Positions 48,869 to 60,423 are shown, numbered from the whole stretch's first letter. The stretch: DNA of 63,718 nt, filler included, from Olpidium bornovanus S191 (GCA_017911155.1; 28 parts of 28 records of this genome joined end to end with filler, not necessarily neighbours in it), one strand, 5' to 3'. Made by a program: numbers and translations. Notes: generated by a model from the letters alone, not told the origin.

Positions 48869-49777
48869 ATGAGGGCGTTCGTCTCGAACGTGGACTCTCC
48901 CGTGGGGAGGAATATCTCGCGGTTGCTTTCCGCCACGCTGCCGGGGTTCACGCGCGGCAGAGAGGACGGCGACGAGGCTGGCGAAGAGCCTGCCGGCGGA
49001 GAGAGGCAGCTCGACAGTGCCCAGAAGCAGCTACCCTACGAAGTGGTAGGCACCCTCGGTTCGCAGCCGCAGACACCGGGCAAGGCCGAGCCGCGGGCGA
49101 CGGCCGAGGCCGGACCACGGGATGCTGTGGGGGTGGTGACCGAGCAGGGTGTGGAGGACACCAAGGCATCTCAGAGCGTCGCGGCTCGTAAAAGGGCTTT
49201 CGCGAAGGATGAGGCGGTTGAGAAGTTCGCCGTACCCGGCGTGAAGCCCAAGTGGGTTTCCGAGATCATTCAGGTGTGCGGGAGGGGAAGGGAGGGTCGG
49301 GCAGGCCTTCGATGTGCTTTTTCAACTCGCTCAAGCCAGGAGAGATCCTGGCGACCGGGTCGAATAGCTGACCTAGGTTACTGTCATTCCGAAAGAATTC
49401 TGCCAAAGAGCAGCTGAAGGACGCGTTGCTCAGCTCGGACGTAATTATCTACGACTTGCTCAACAGCCTAGAAGAGGCTGTTTGGGCTTGCGAATGTACG
49501 TTGCACCGAGAATGGCGTATTCTGCGAGGGAGGATTCAGCAAGTATATGGAGCATATCTGAAGCATGCGGTTGCTCGGTACTACGGAACTAGGGCTTGCA
49601 TCAAACTCTGAAGCCGCCGGGGAGAAACCCAAGGTCTTCATCGCTATATCCACCATCATGACTTGGGCGCGAACGAAGCTCGACCAGGTAACCTAATGCT
49701 CTGTGACAGAGATCGCGTGTTACTGGCAGGCCAACCGGACGCCCCTCGCTGCCGCCCGCCGAAACAGGATGACCCGG
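48869..49777 (+). CDS. AK7: Adenylate kinase 7 (axonemal), 5' part
   Basis: MRAFVSNVDSPVGRNISRLL..YEVVGTL..LLSSDVIIYD..EEAVWA..KVFIAISTIMTWARTK..DDP parallels the N-terminus of animal AK7. Confidence 0.88.
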
Positions 49778-49877
49778 NNNNNNNNNNNNNNNNNNNNNNN
49801 NNNNNNNNNNNNNNNNNNNNNTTAATTAATTAANNNNNNNNNNNNNNNNNNNNNNNNNNNNNNNNNNNNNNNNNNNN

Positions 49878-50097
49878 AGGACTCTATCAATGGGTCTGCA
49901 TGCCTTTTGGATTGAGCGGAGCACCCGCTACTTTCCAAAGGATGATGGACACGGTCCTAGCAGGACTGAAGTGGCAGTGTTGCCTTGTCTATCTAGACGA
50001 TGTGGTCATCTTCTCCCGTATCTTTGACGAGCACGTCAAGGACATCGGATTAGTCTTCGACCGCCTCCGGGAGGCCGGTTTGAAAATGAATCCGCAG
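49878..50097 (+). mobile_element. Ty3/Gypsy reverse transcriptase fragment
   Basis: GLYQWVCMPFGLSGAPATFQRMMDTVL..CLVYLDDVVIFS..HVKDIGLVFDRLREAGLKMNP. Confidence 0.95.
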
Positions 50098-50213
50098 GGC
50101 CGGTACGTCTCTCGTGCGCTGTGGCTTCCGCCGCAGCTGCTGTTGCCTCCTTCCTGGCGTTCCTTTCACTGCAGAGGGCGCGGTCCATGGGCGGAGAAGG
50201 GGTGCGCTAGATT

Positions 50214-50431
50214 GGGCTCATAACCTGTTCGCTGTGAGTGGTTGCGAGGTTCGTTGTCTTATTTTTGTTTTGCAGTCTATGAGCTCGTATCTGGATATTC
50301 ATAGCGTTCTCTCCCGTCATATATAATAATATATCACTCAACCCTGCCAACCTGCAAACTGAAGCGCCGCAATTGGCTGAAGAGGAGCATGTCATAAAGT
50401 TGCGATTTTTGCATGGGTCCTGTACTGTAGA
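50214..50431 (-). mobile_element. Second Copia LTR 3' end and PBS
   Basis: ..GCGAACA followed by GGTTATGAGCCC (50225-50214). TATATA and AAATAA lie upstream. The LTR 5' edge is uncertain (50431 or 50510). Confidence 0.7.
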
Positions 50432-50965
50432 CAGGTTGAAGGTCAAGTTCGCGCGCGGAGCTGCGCTTTATATTCGGGTTCGGGTTGGGGTTGTCTGCCG
50501 GTTCTCTACACGTTTTTGGCTTCTGGCTGCTACGGTGTCTAGTTGGGGCAGCTAATTATAATCGCGGCGCCTCAGGCCGCAGTGCGCGCAGCGGGCTTCG
50601 GTACGAATCGTCGACATCGAGAGTATCCGAACGCGGGCGAGGTTTTTGTTGAGATTGGAGGTCTCCGTCGCGATTTTAGTGGTATCCGGAGAGGTGTTAA
50701 TCGACCCGTTTCGCACCTCGCAAAATCCCGATAAAACCCCGATCCAACCGTCAAAACCGCCTCACGGGCCCGATCCCTCGTAATGGGGACCAATGAACGT
50801 CCTCAGGCCACGTGGTCCCGCCCGCGCGGTCACGCTCCATGGTCGCCGGTTGGCCTTCCTTCCTTCCTTTGGAGCATGCGCAGCTTCATCGGAACGCACG
50901 GTGAGTGCATTGACGGGTTTTGCTGCGCACGCAGGTTCTGAAAGGGGCTGGTTGGGAGGACGCCC

Positions 50966-51062
50966 CCGGGTCACGTGGCCGGAGCCTTATAGCTCGGTGC
51001 GCGCATCACACGGCCACCGGGTCACGTGACCGGAGCCTTTATAGCTCGGTGCGCGCATCACA
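50966..51062. repeat. 51-bp tandem duplication containing GTCACGTG(G/A)C
   Basis: CCGGGTCACGTG(G/A)CCGGAGCCTT(T)ATAGCTCGGTGCGCGCATCACA at 50966 and 51017. Confidence 0.92.
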
Positions 51063-51065
51063 ACC

Positions 51066-51590
51066 CAAACCTGATCACTTGCCACCAGCAAAAGAGATCA
51101 AAGCGTTAAATTTTGAAACTTGGCACGCTTATAGTACTCAACAAAGGGCTTTCCAACGAGCTAAAGTGCTGCCAGATCTGATCACAGGATGCTGAGAACG
51201 CAGCACCCGAAAAGAAAAAAAAAAAAGCGAAAACACTACTGCTAGTATCCAATTCACCCCACACCTGATCACTTGCCACCAGCAAAAGGAATCAAAGCGA
51301 AAAATTCTGAGACTCGGCACAATAGGCTTTCCAACAAACCAAACCGCTGCCAGATCTGACCACAAGATGCTCAGAACGTAGCACCGGAAAAAAAGCAAGA
51401 ATGGTACTAATAGTATTCACTTCACCTAAAACCTGATCACTTGCCATCAGCAAAAGGGACCAAAGGGAAAATTTTAGACTCGGCACGTCTATAATAAGGC
51501 TTGTTGTACTCCACGAGGGCTTTCAAAAAAACCAAAGATCAGGCAGGTCAGATAACTATTTTCTGAGAACGCAGGACTTGGTTTTTGCAA
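51066..51590. repeat. Three diverged tandem units of ~170-195 bp
   Basis: Each begins ACCTGATCACTTGCCA(C/T)CAGCAAAAG (about 51069, 51263, 51431) and shares ACT(C/T)GGCAC, GGCTTTC and CT(G/C)AGAACG; the first two also share GCTGCCAGATCTGA. Confidence 0.9.
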
Positions 51591-52210
51591 CGCGCAGTTT
51601 TATCAGCACTCCCAACCCTGATCGGCTCTGTGCCTGAATCTGTGTCAGGCAAAATGTCAAAGTTCTAAAAGTAGAAGGCTCGTCTCACGATTGCTGTAGT
51701 GAATCCAAAAAAATTGCACTAAGGAAAGCTGTTCTTAAAAGAAATGAGCACAGGAAAAATAAAAAAACTTTCTAGGATTAGTATCAGGGGTAACCCTGGC
51801 GCTATCTCTGAGGGAAGGGAAGGGGGGAGGGATGGGGTCAGGGGAAGCGTTTTTTTTTTTGTTTCCATTAGAGTGCCGGGAATGTGCCGGAATGGTGCTG
51901 GAATTGGGGATTTTGGCGCACTCCCGGAGGTTTTCCGTCCAAACAGGGCGCGGGCATGCGGGGGTGGCGCAACTTCGCTTTGCCCCGCGGAAACACTACA
52001 GGACACTAACACGCCCCGCCGCCGGGCAAACAAACGGGCAGGCGAGAGGGGGGGAGGGAGACGGAGAGCAGAGAAAGCAGAGAGCTACTCCCACAGTGGT
52101 GGTCGTGTGTTGTGCCATTCCTGCCCCAACCCGCCCTCCCGTAACTCTGCGCCGCGTTCTTTTTTATATTTTCTCTTTTTTGCCTCGCCGCCGCCCAAAC
52201 AAGCAAAACG

Positions 52211-52251
<41 letters not shown>

Positions 52252-53221
52252 CTGGGGGGGGCCGCCCCCCCGAGCCCGGCGGNNNNNNNNNNNNNNNNNN
52301 NNNNNNNNNNNNNNNNNNNNNNNNNNTTAATTAATTAANNNNNNNNNNNNNNNNNNNNNNNNNNNNNNNNNNNNNNNNNNNNCATGCAGTCAGCAGTTGC
52401 CTCTTTCGCCACCACTTCTCACAACACACTTCGTTGTTTACACGCCAAGACCTGCTGGTCCTCCCGGTTTCCCACAGCACCAGAGGCAAGCTTGCTCCGC
52501 AGCGGTACCTACGGCGATTCCTTTCAGGCGGGCCCCTTTGCCACTCTCTCGGTGGCCCGCCTTGCAGGCACTATCATTGTTACCGACCCAGACTGTGTCT
52601 TCTCCGTTGTTTACCTCTCAGGTGCCGATACCAACGAGTTTGCTGTCACAAATCCCCGTTCACCCGTTTTGTTCCGGTCCTGCCGGGCTTAAGCGATCAA
52701 TGAGTCAATTGGACCTGCTTCTTGCAAGCTTCGAGCTCGTGTTCGGCAGCTGATCATGAAACTCTCGCCGTTGCGGCGTTTTTGGTGCTAAAAATCATGT
52801 TTTATTGTCAAAACTCGCATGGGCTCGCGCATAGCCATGGTCGTATGGCCAATAGGACACACATTCACTTACCAGCGGGTCTTTCCATTAATCGGGCTGC
52901 ATTTCTGTAGTTGCGGTTTGTTCCTTTGCGGCGAATTTGGAGCAGAAGTCGCAAGTTGGCGTCAGTTGATAAGCGGGGAGAGGCATTGATCCTCGACCAG
53001 TTGGATCATAGCCACATCGGACTGGCAGAAAGCCCTTGGTTGTGCTGTGTCTGAACACGGGGGCTTGTTGTGGACAAAGTTAAAAGTCGGCACAATGTGT
53101 ATGCATTCGCAGCCGGCGTCCAGCGTCATTCCTCTGATCCGCCCCCCCCCCCATTCTCGTACCGGCCACCCCTTCGCCGCCCTCGTCCCCCTCACCCACG
53201 CACACCGGGCCTAACCTGAGC

Positions 53222-53936
53222 ATGCCCCTCGCCGCTCTCGTCCGCACGGCCGCCGCGCCCGCCCGTGCCTCCGCGGGGGTGCGACACGCGCGGAGACCTG
53301 CGTTCTCCCTGCCGCCGCTGTCGCTCGCCGCGTTCTGGAGGTCTTACTCGTGTAAGCTCTTCTGTCGATGCCGCTTCCCTCTTTCCCGTGGGGAGTTTAT
53401 TCTTTTTTTTTTTTTTTTTTTTTTTCGCGGCGCCGACGGAAGATCGTCGACGGAGGGTCGCAGACTCTTGTGACACGCCTCACTTTCTGGACGGGGTGAA
53501 GGAAGACGCCGGAGAAGGGCGGGTTTATCAAGAAGTCAGAAGTAAAAAAAACAAAAAAAAAAAAGTATTCGCCGGTGGAATCCGCGCCGTGCGCTACTAG
53601 TTCTCTCTTTTCTTAAAAGAAGTGGCCGGGATCGCAAGACCGACATCTGCGAACGCCAGTGATGAAAGTGTCGAGTGCCGACCGGTGCTGCCCACGAGAT
53701 GCCGCGGATGGCCGGTTCTCGTGAAATGGGGCTGACGCGTTGCCGCCTTTGGTCATCCTGTTTTCCAACGCGCGTGGCGTTCACAGCGAGGAAATACACC
53801 AGGGACCACGAGTGGATATCAGTGGAGGACGGGATCGGCACCGTGGGCATCACGGACCACGCGCAGAAAAAGCTGGGCGACGCCATCTTTGTCGAGGTGC
53901 CGTCCACCGAGATTGGGTCTTCCGTCGAAAGGAAAG
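53222..53936 (+). CDS. GCV3: Glycine cleavage system H protein, 5' part
   Basis: Mitochondrial-type presequence, then [38 protein letters not shown]. Confidence 0.93.
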
Positions 53937-54941
53937 GTACTCCAAAGTCGACGTACGCTCCGAACCGACGAGAGGGTGCCGAGGGCATCGGTCTAGTTGA
54001 TGGCGCATGAACTTTGCGGTTGTGTCGAGTGGAACGTGGGAATGATTGAACGGGATTCCCTGGTGTGTCCGCGACTGCAGTGGCCGAATCTCCTCCGTCG
54101 TTCAGTGTCCTTCGGTTTTTAACAGCTACCGAATCGCTCAATCGGATTTGGGATCGCCGTGGCGCGATTTTCCCGTCCCAATCGAACAAGTGACCCCATT
54201 GAACATGNNNNNNNNNNNNNNNNNNNNNNNNNNNNNNNNNNNNNNNNNNNNTTAATTAATTAANNNNNNNNNNNNNNNNNNNNNNNNNNNNNNNNNNNNN
54301 NNNNNNNAATTCCATCGTAACCTGAATTTCGCAAAGAACGGCACGTGCACGAGCGATCAGTGGAGGCTTTCTTGATGACGCCGGCGACCGTTGGATTGAT
54401 ATTGCTGGAATTGCTCTAGCAACATGACTTTATTTAATATTAATTCTTTTACAAACTGGAAGCCATTTACTATACGACGAAGGTGACACTATCAACATCT
54501 CGATGAACAATCGCAGATCCTTTCCAAAATTCAGCATGCGCGCGGTTGTCAATGATGTCTCTTCAGCATTTTAACCTCATTTAAATCTAATGATGCGTAA
54601 ATCAAAAACTAAAAAGTAATCCGCTTCACGACCAGCAGTGACCCGAGTACTGTTTCTGCGATCACTGAGGTGCAGTGATATTGATGAGCCCGCCGCTGCT
54701 GCAGTAGTTGGCTGGTTTGGATACAGAGCTTCCATGGGATTGGACGGAGGAGAGGACCGGAGTTGAAGGGGGAAGGGAGTTGAGGGGGATCGCCGTTGGA
54801 AATTTGTTGCCCAGCGGCAGTAGGCCGCCCGCCAGTCCGCCCCCCAGAAACGTTCGCGCCGCTGCCAAGCTTAAAGGACGCGCTGACGCTCCAGCCGGAC
54901 GTACATCCTACCCGACGACGACCCCATCCCATCCTCTCGCC

Positions 54942-55667
54942 ATGTCCGACACCTCCGCCGAGCAGGCCTGCGTCTACGCCGCTCTCATCCTTCACGATGA
55001 CGGCGTCGACATCACCGTGAGTGGGGAGAGAATCGCGCGCTCTCGCGGGAAGGCCACTTGGCGTTCGCCGCTGCCTCGTGTACCTTGCGGTGCACCCTTC
55101 GCCCGGGCCGAGCCATTCTTGCGTGCGCGGCAAAGACCCGGCGGGATCCGCGCCTGGCGCCAGCGCAGTCCGGACGCCGCCGACCAGAACGCCAAAAGGC
55201 GGGAAATAAGCCCCGTCGGCCCTAGTGTTTTTTTTTTGAGCCGATCATCGAATCTGATGTTCACTGCGCATTCGTTTTGCGCTGCGTCCGAATTTTCCTG
55301 CGGTTTCACCAACTAAACAGGCTGACAAGCTTGCCGCGCTCGTTAAGGCCGCCGGTGTGGATGTCGAGCCTGTGTGGTTCAGCATCTTCGCCAAGGCCCT
55401 CGCTGGCAGGAACGTCGGTGACCTGCTCATGAATGTTGGTTCAGGGGCCGCCGCGGCTCCTGCGGGTGGTACGCCTGCCGGCGGCGCGGCCGCAGGGGGA
55501 TCCGCCGCTGAAGCTAAGGCCGAGGAGAAGGCCGAGGAGAAGGAGGAGTCAGATGAGGACATGGGTTTTGGTAAGCCGTGCTCGGATTCGCGTGAGCCGG
55601 GACCCGTTGGTGTATGCCGCTAACTGCTTTGGCTTTTGCACTACGTTTTACAGGTCTCTTTGACTAG
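54942..55667 (+). CDS. RPP1: 60S acidic ribosomal protein P1, complete
   Basis: [25 protein letters not shown]|[31 protein letters not shown]|GLFD*. Confidence 0.97.
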
Positions 55668-55726
55668 ATTAAATTCATTATCTTCTGCACGTGGCTTTTC
55701 AAAATACGACGCGTCTTCGGTAGCGC

Positions 55727-55835
55727 GGCCCCGGTTCAGGGCCCCTTGCCCCAGGCTTCAGTTCACGGCCCCTTTTTCCAGGCCCCGGTTTAGGGCCCCT
55801 TTCTCTAGGTCCCGGTTCAGGGTCCCGTTCTCTAC
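55727..55835. repeat. 27-28 bp minisatellite, 4 copies, just 3' of RPP1
   Basis: GGCCCCGGTTCAGGGCCCCTT..CCA-type units. Confidence 0.85.
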
Positions 55836-57054
55836 GTTCGGACCATGCCATAGTTTGTTATCAAGAACAGGAGCACGGAGGGTTGCAAACAATGTGCCTT
55901 CCAACTGGGCGTGTGTGGACATGTAAGCGGAGCGTCACACATAAAACTTGTGTGAGACGCAGGAAGGAAGTAGGTCAGTTAATGGTTGGGAATTGAAGCT
56001 GTTTCTTAGAGTAAGGACTATCAGTTTTGCCACTTTTGCCGACGCTATGGAATTTGCAGCAAAATGGCCAACGTTATTTCAGAGCAAATCCGTTTTAACA
56101 GGCTGCTATTCCACACTTCGGCGGTATTTTTTTTCCTTTGATGCTGTATGGGAGCACTTCCTCGTGGCGCATGCGTCCCGTCGGCGTTCTCTGTGCTGCG
56201 ATTCCAGTCTCGACAAGCGTTAGCCGTGGCGCGTCCGGGCCTGGTACGTGATTTTACGGCCATGCACAGCCGATCCTCTAAGGCATCGTGCTCCATGTAT
56301 GACCTACTTTTGCCACGCATGGGATTTTATCGCCAGATTTCACTGTACCACGAGCCCACGTGGCTCCATACTGTGCAGGAAGGTGATCACGACGGATCAT
56401 GTGAGGTACAAACCCACCCAGCTTAACAACTGTAGATATCCATGAGCTTGTGTGGTTCATGTTGTGTTTGGAACCAACAACTGCTTGCCGATTTACTTTG
56501 ATTGGGATTTTGATGCGGTGGAGTTGGAGAAAGGGGTCCTTGAAGGATCCGCGACTTCCCTCGGGTTCACAGCTTTTCCCATGGTTGGTGCCGGGCCAGG
56601 GTCATGGCCCAAGCAGGCCGAGCAATCCAATCCATTTGGCAGCTACGTCTTCCTCTCTTCTACCGCAGATCGCCGCGCGCGTTTGCCCGCCCTGGCGCGG
56701 TGCGTACCAGACCGGCGGACATAGTCGCTGGGACGCAGCTGTGACCCAAAAACGGGCTCCAACTCGTTTCGGCCGCGATGGTAGAAGAGCCAACGAAACT
56801 GGACAGCGCCCCTCCCCGGCCTTCGCCCCCGCCTGTAGAATAAGGGGGGGAAGGGGGGGGGGGGGGGGGGGGGGGGGGTGGGCTGGGGGCGCGCTGCGGG
56901 GCCCCCCACCCCCGCTCCCCCCCGCGGAAACCCCCTGCGGCGCGCCACGCAAAANNNNNNNNNNNNNNNNNNNNNNNNNNNNNNNNNNNNNNNNNNNNTT
57001 AATTAATTAANNNNNNNNNNNNNNNNNNNNNNNNNNNNNNNNNNNNNNNNNNNN

Positions 57055-58155
57055 CATGTAGTTGGGGGAAATGCCGGTGACGTTTTTGATTGCGTCGTCG
57101 GCCATCTGCATCTCCTTCGTGATTTCTTCTGGCTTCAGGGTGTTGAGACTCTTGTCTGCCGGAAAAGAAAAAAAAGAAATTCACGGACAATGAATTAGTA
57201 ACGCAACCCCACTTTCGTAACCACCTTCCGCGCCGTCCTCCACCCCCACTCTTCCCCTTCCCTTCCGTCCTTCGTTTTCCCCCTTTGTTCAGGTGGGTTT
57301 CCTCTTTCTGCCCACGAGGTTTTTTCCCGCAAAACACGTCCCAACCCCACCCCTCCTCCAAATACCGCATTAAACTGCACCATTCAGTTCCCCCAGCCCA
57401 CAAAATTGACTTTTCGCAAAGACTCACGGTCCCAAGTGTGCGAGCATATCTGGTGGCCTTCATTGTAAGCGCGCTGAGTGAACCCGGAGTTCTCCGGCGT
57501 GAGCATGTTGCCCAGGACGAAGAATGTGGCCTTTTTTGTTTTTTTTTGTTTTTTTTTTGTTTTTTTTTGTTTTTTTTTTTTTTTTTTTTGCGTGCCCCGG
57601 GTTTCGGACGCGCGAAACAGAAAAAAATTAGTTAACGGAGAAACGTGTTCCCGATACTAGAAAATCTCCCAGGGGCACCCCGCCTCCTCCCCTCCCCTCC
57701 GCTTTTCCTTCTCTCTTTCTTTATCTCTCTTTCGCGCGGCGCGCGCGCGCACCTTGACTTGGGCCGCGGCGAGCGTGTCGAGCAGCTTCCCGGTGTTGTT
57801 CGACGGCCCGTCGTCAAACTGCGGCCAAAGTTTCCGCGCGAAGAAAGTCAGCGTGTTTTATTCTTTGCTATTTTTTTTTTTTTTTTTTTTTTGGTGGAAA
57901 GGGCGCCAAAGGAGGGAGGACCGCGCGCGGCGGGAAAAAAAAAAACGCGCCTTTCCTTTTCCCTCCCCGGCCCACCCCCGCCGGCGAAAGAAAGCACGAC
58001 GCGACGCGTCAACTTACCGACAGCGCGAAGTACCCCGGCTTGCAGACCGTGATGAAGCCGGTGCCGGAGTCCTGCGCCCGCACGGGCGACGACGACAGCA
58101 GGAGGAGCAGCGCCATGGAGACGGCGAGGGCGGTCGTCGGCTGTTGTCTGAACAT
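57055..58155 (-). CDS. Secreted chitin deacetylase (CE4/NodB domain), 5' part
   Basis: Signal-like MFRQQPTTALAVSMALLLLSSSPVRA, then ALS|FDDGP..LDTLAAAQVK|ATFFVLG..EGHQICSHTWD H..ITKEMQMADDAIKNVTGISPNYM. Confidence 0.92.
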
Positions 58156-59722
58156 TATTTTTTATTTTCTTTTATTTTCCCCGGTGGCTCTCCGTTTCTC
58201 TTTCTCTCTTTCTCTCTCTCTTTTGCTCGAACGCTCTCTGCCGTTCGCGGGCCGGCGGTTGCGAAAACGCGCCCGTGGAAAGGGACACAAAGACGGTTGG
58301 GAGAGAAGAAGAAGAGAGGAACAAGGCGCGGGAAGGCGGGGAAAAAAGTATGCGGGGCCGAAGAAGGGGATGGATGGGGGAGCCGCGGCCAATCCTGGCA
58401 GGGTTACACGCGCGCGGTGGGAGAGGGAAGGGAACCCTCTCGTAATTAAAAATTAGGGGCGAACGAAAAAAAGAACGCAAAAAAAAACCAAAATTTGCGC
58501 CTGCCAGTGCCACGCCTGCGCGCCTACGGAGGGCGCCGGGGATCACATGCAGAGAGTCTCGACCCACGGAATACGCCCCAGAGTCCCGGGAATGCAGCCG
58601 TCAAAAGGCAATTAAAACCCTTCGCGGTTCAATTGCTGAATTGTGCAGACGGTCTGGGGCACAGAGTGTTTCCGACCGCCTGCCTCGCACGGATTCATAA
58701 TGCTGTTGAGCGGAGACGCCCTGGTCGCACTTGACCGCACATTTTCCACTACACGGGTTCCTCCGTGCTGAAGTAATGATGAGAACTCGACGCTTCCGCT
58801 GACGCTTTAACAACAACAGGGTTACGGGCCCAAACGGCGCTTTGTCGGCAAAAGACGCCCCCCAAAGCGCCCTACAGGAGCCTCATCCCGTCGACGCGCC
58901 GCGCACGAGCAGAAGGAGCTACCCGGCGTCCGTCGGCGCCGCGTCGCGTAGAAGAGGAGAAGGCCCTTCGCGTAACGCAGCGCGAAACGAGCCGTCCGTC
59001 GGCGCCGCTGCGCGGCCCAGAGGACCCGCCGTTTGTTGGCGAGGAGAGGAACCGCGTCGCCACGCCGTTCGTCGGTGCCGAGCAGGGGGCAAGCGGCACC
59101 CGGAAATAAGGAAGCGTGCCCCCGCACCCCGCCGCGCCGTTCTCGCCGGCATCCGGCGTGAAGTAGAAGTAAAAAAAAGTAAAAGTGAAGGGGGGGGGGG
59201 GGGGGGGGGGGGGGAGGGGGGGGGGGCCGATGCGACACGGTGTTCGCAGAAACGTGCGGCGAACATTATAGAATGTGGCCCCTCCGAATCTGCAATGCGG
59301 TAGGAGAGATGGTTACGGAATCATGCGAAAATTTGCGCATTGCGAAGGAATGGGTTGAAATAAGAGAACTTGAAGAAATCGTAAGAAAGCTGGGAATTTT
59401 CCATCATTGCGCACGGTGTGGAATCCAGGGCAACGCAAGCAAGAAAGAGCAAAGGGTTTTCTTTTTACAAAGGAACCCCATGCAAGAACCTGCTGGTTTT
59501 GAGCCAATGCGCTCGATGTTTATGACAGGGCTGCGTAAACGAAGAAAAGCAGATTATTTCGCAAAGGAACCTCACGCATAAACCTGCTGGTTTTGAGCCN
59601 NNNNNNNNNNNNNNNNNNNNNNNNNNNNNNNNNNNNNNNNNNNTTAATTAATTAANNNNNNNNNNNNNNNNNNNNNNNNNNNNNNNNNNNNNNNNNNNNC
59701 CCCCCCCCCCCCACCCGCATAC

Positions 59723-60094
59723 CTCTCTTAGCTGCTCGGCCCGCAGGGCGATTTCGCCGCGCACGGCGTACTCGACCCGCCGGACTTCCGGATTCATGGT
59801 CTCGACGCTCAGGACCTTCGTCGGCGGGGCCATGTTTCCTGCAGCGGCAGCGGCGGCGCGCGCGTTACGGGGAGGTGGGCGGGGAAACAGGGGCGGTCCG
59901 CGCACCGAGACGTCGCCGCCCGTTGGCTCACCGAGGCTCAGCGCGAAGTTTCTCGCGAATGGCGGCGCCGGGGGAGCGGCGGCAAAGGGCGGAGGGGGGA
60001 GTTTGCTCGCGACGGCGGCGGCGGCGACGGCAGCGACGGGCCGGCGGACGTTCCTCGTCGCAGCGGCGGACGTCAGGCGCCGCAACCGCAGCAT
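59723..60094 (-). CDS. ALT1: Alanine aminotransferase, first exon
   Basis: Presequence, then MAPPTKVLSVETMNPEVRRVEYAVRGEIALRAEQLRE followed by a gtatgc donor. Confidence 0.9.
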
Positions 60095-60423
60095 CCCACG
60101 GGGGCTTTAAGAGCCGGGGGGGGGGGGGGACAAGGAAAAAAAAAAAAAAAAAAGTGATGCGAAAAAAAAAAGTTTTGAGCGAGGTCGGAAATAAAAAAAG
60201 GCGGGATGTCTTTTTTTTTTTGCGAAGGTGTTTTAATGCCTGTCGGGTTGCGAACGACGAAACGGGAAGGTGGGGGGTGGGGCGACGCGGGGGGAAGTGG
60301 CGGCGCGGGGGAGGAAGTGGGAGGGGGGGGAAGGAGTGGAGGACAGAGAGTGGTGGAAAAAGAAAACGGGGTCGGACGTGTGAGCCATGATTTTTTTTTT
60401 CTTAATGTTTTTTTGCCCCCCCT

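Noticed and set aside
50966-51590. CRISPR-like repeat-spacer array
   Set aside because: The units are long and homologous throughout, there are no unique spacers or cas genes, and the context is eukaryotic.
52383-52700. Possible degenerate Copia post-protease region (GTIIVT..VVYLSG..N)
   Set aside because: The resemblance is too weak to call without an HMM search.
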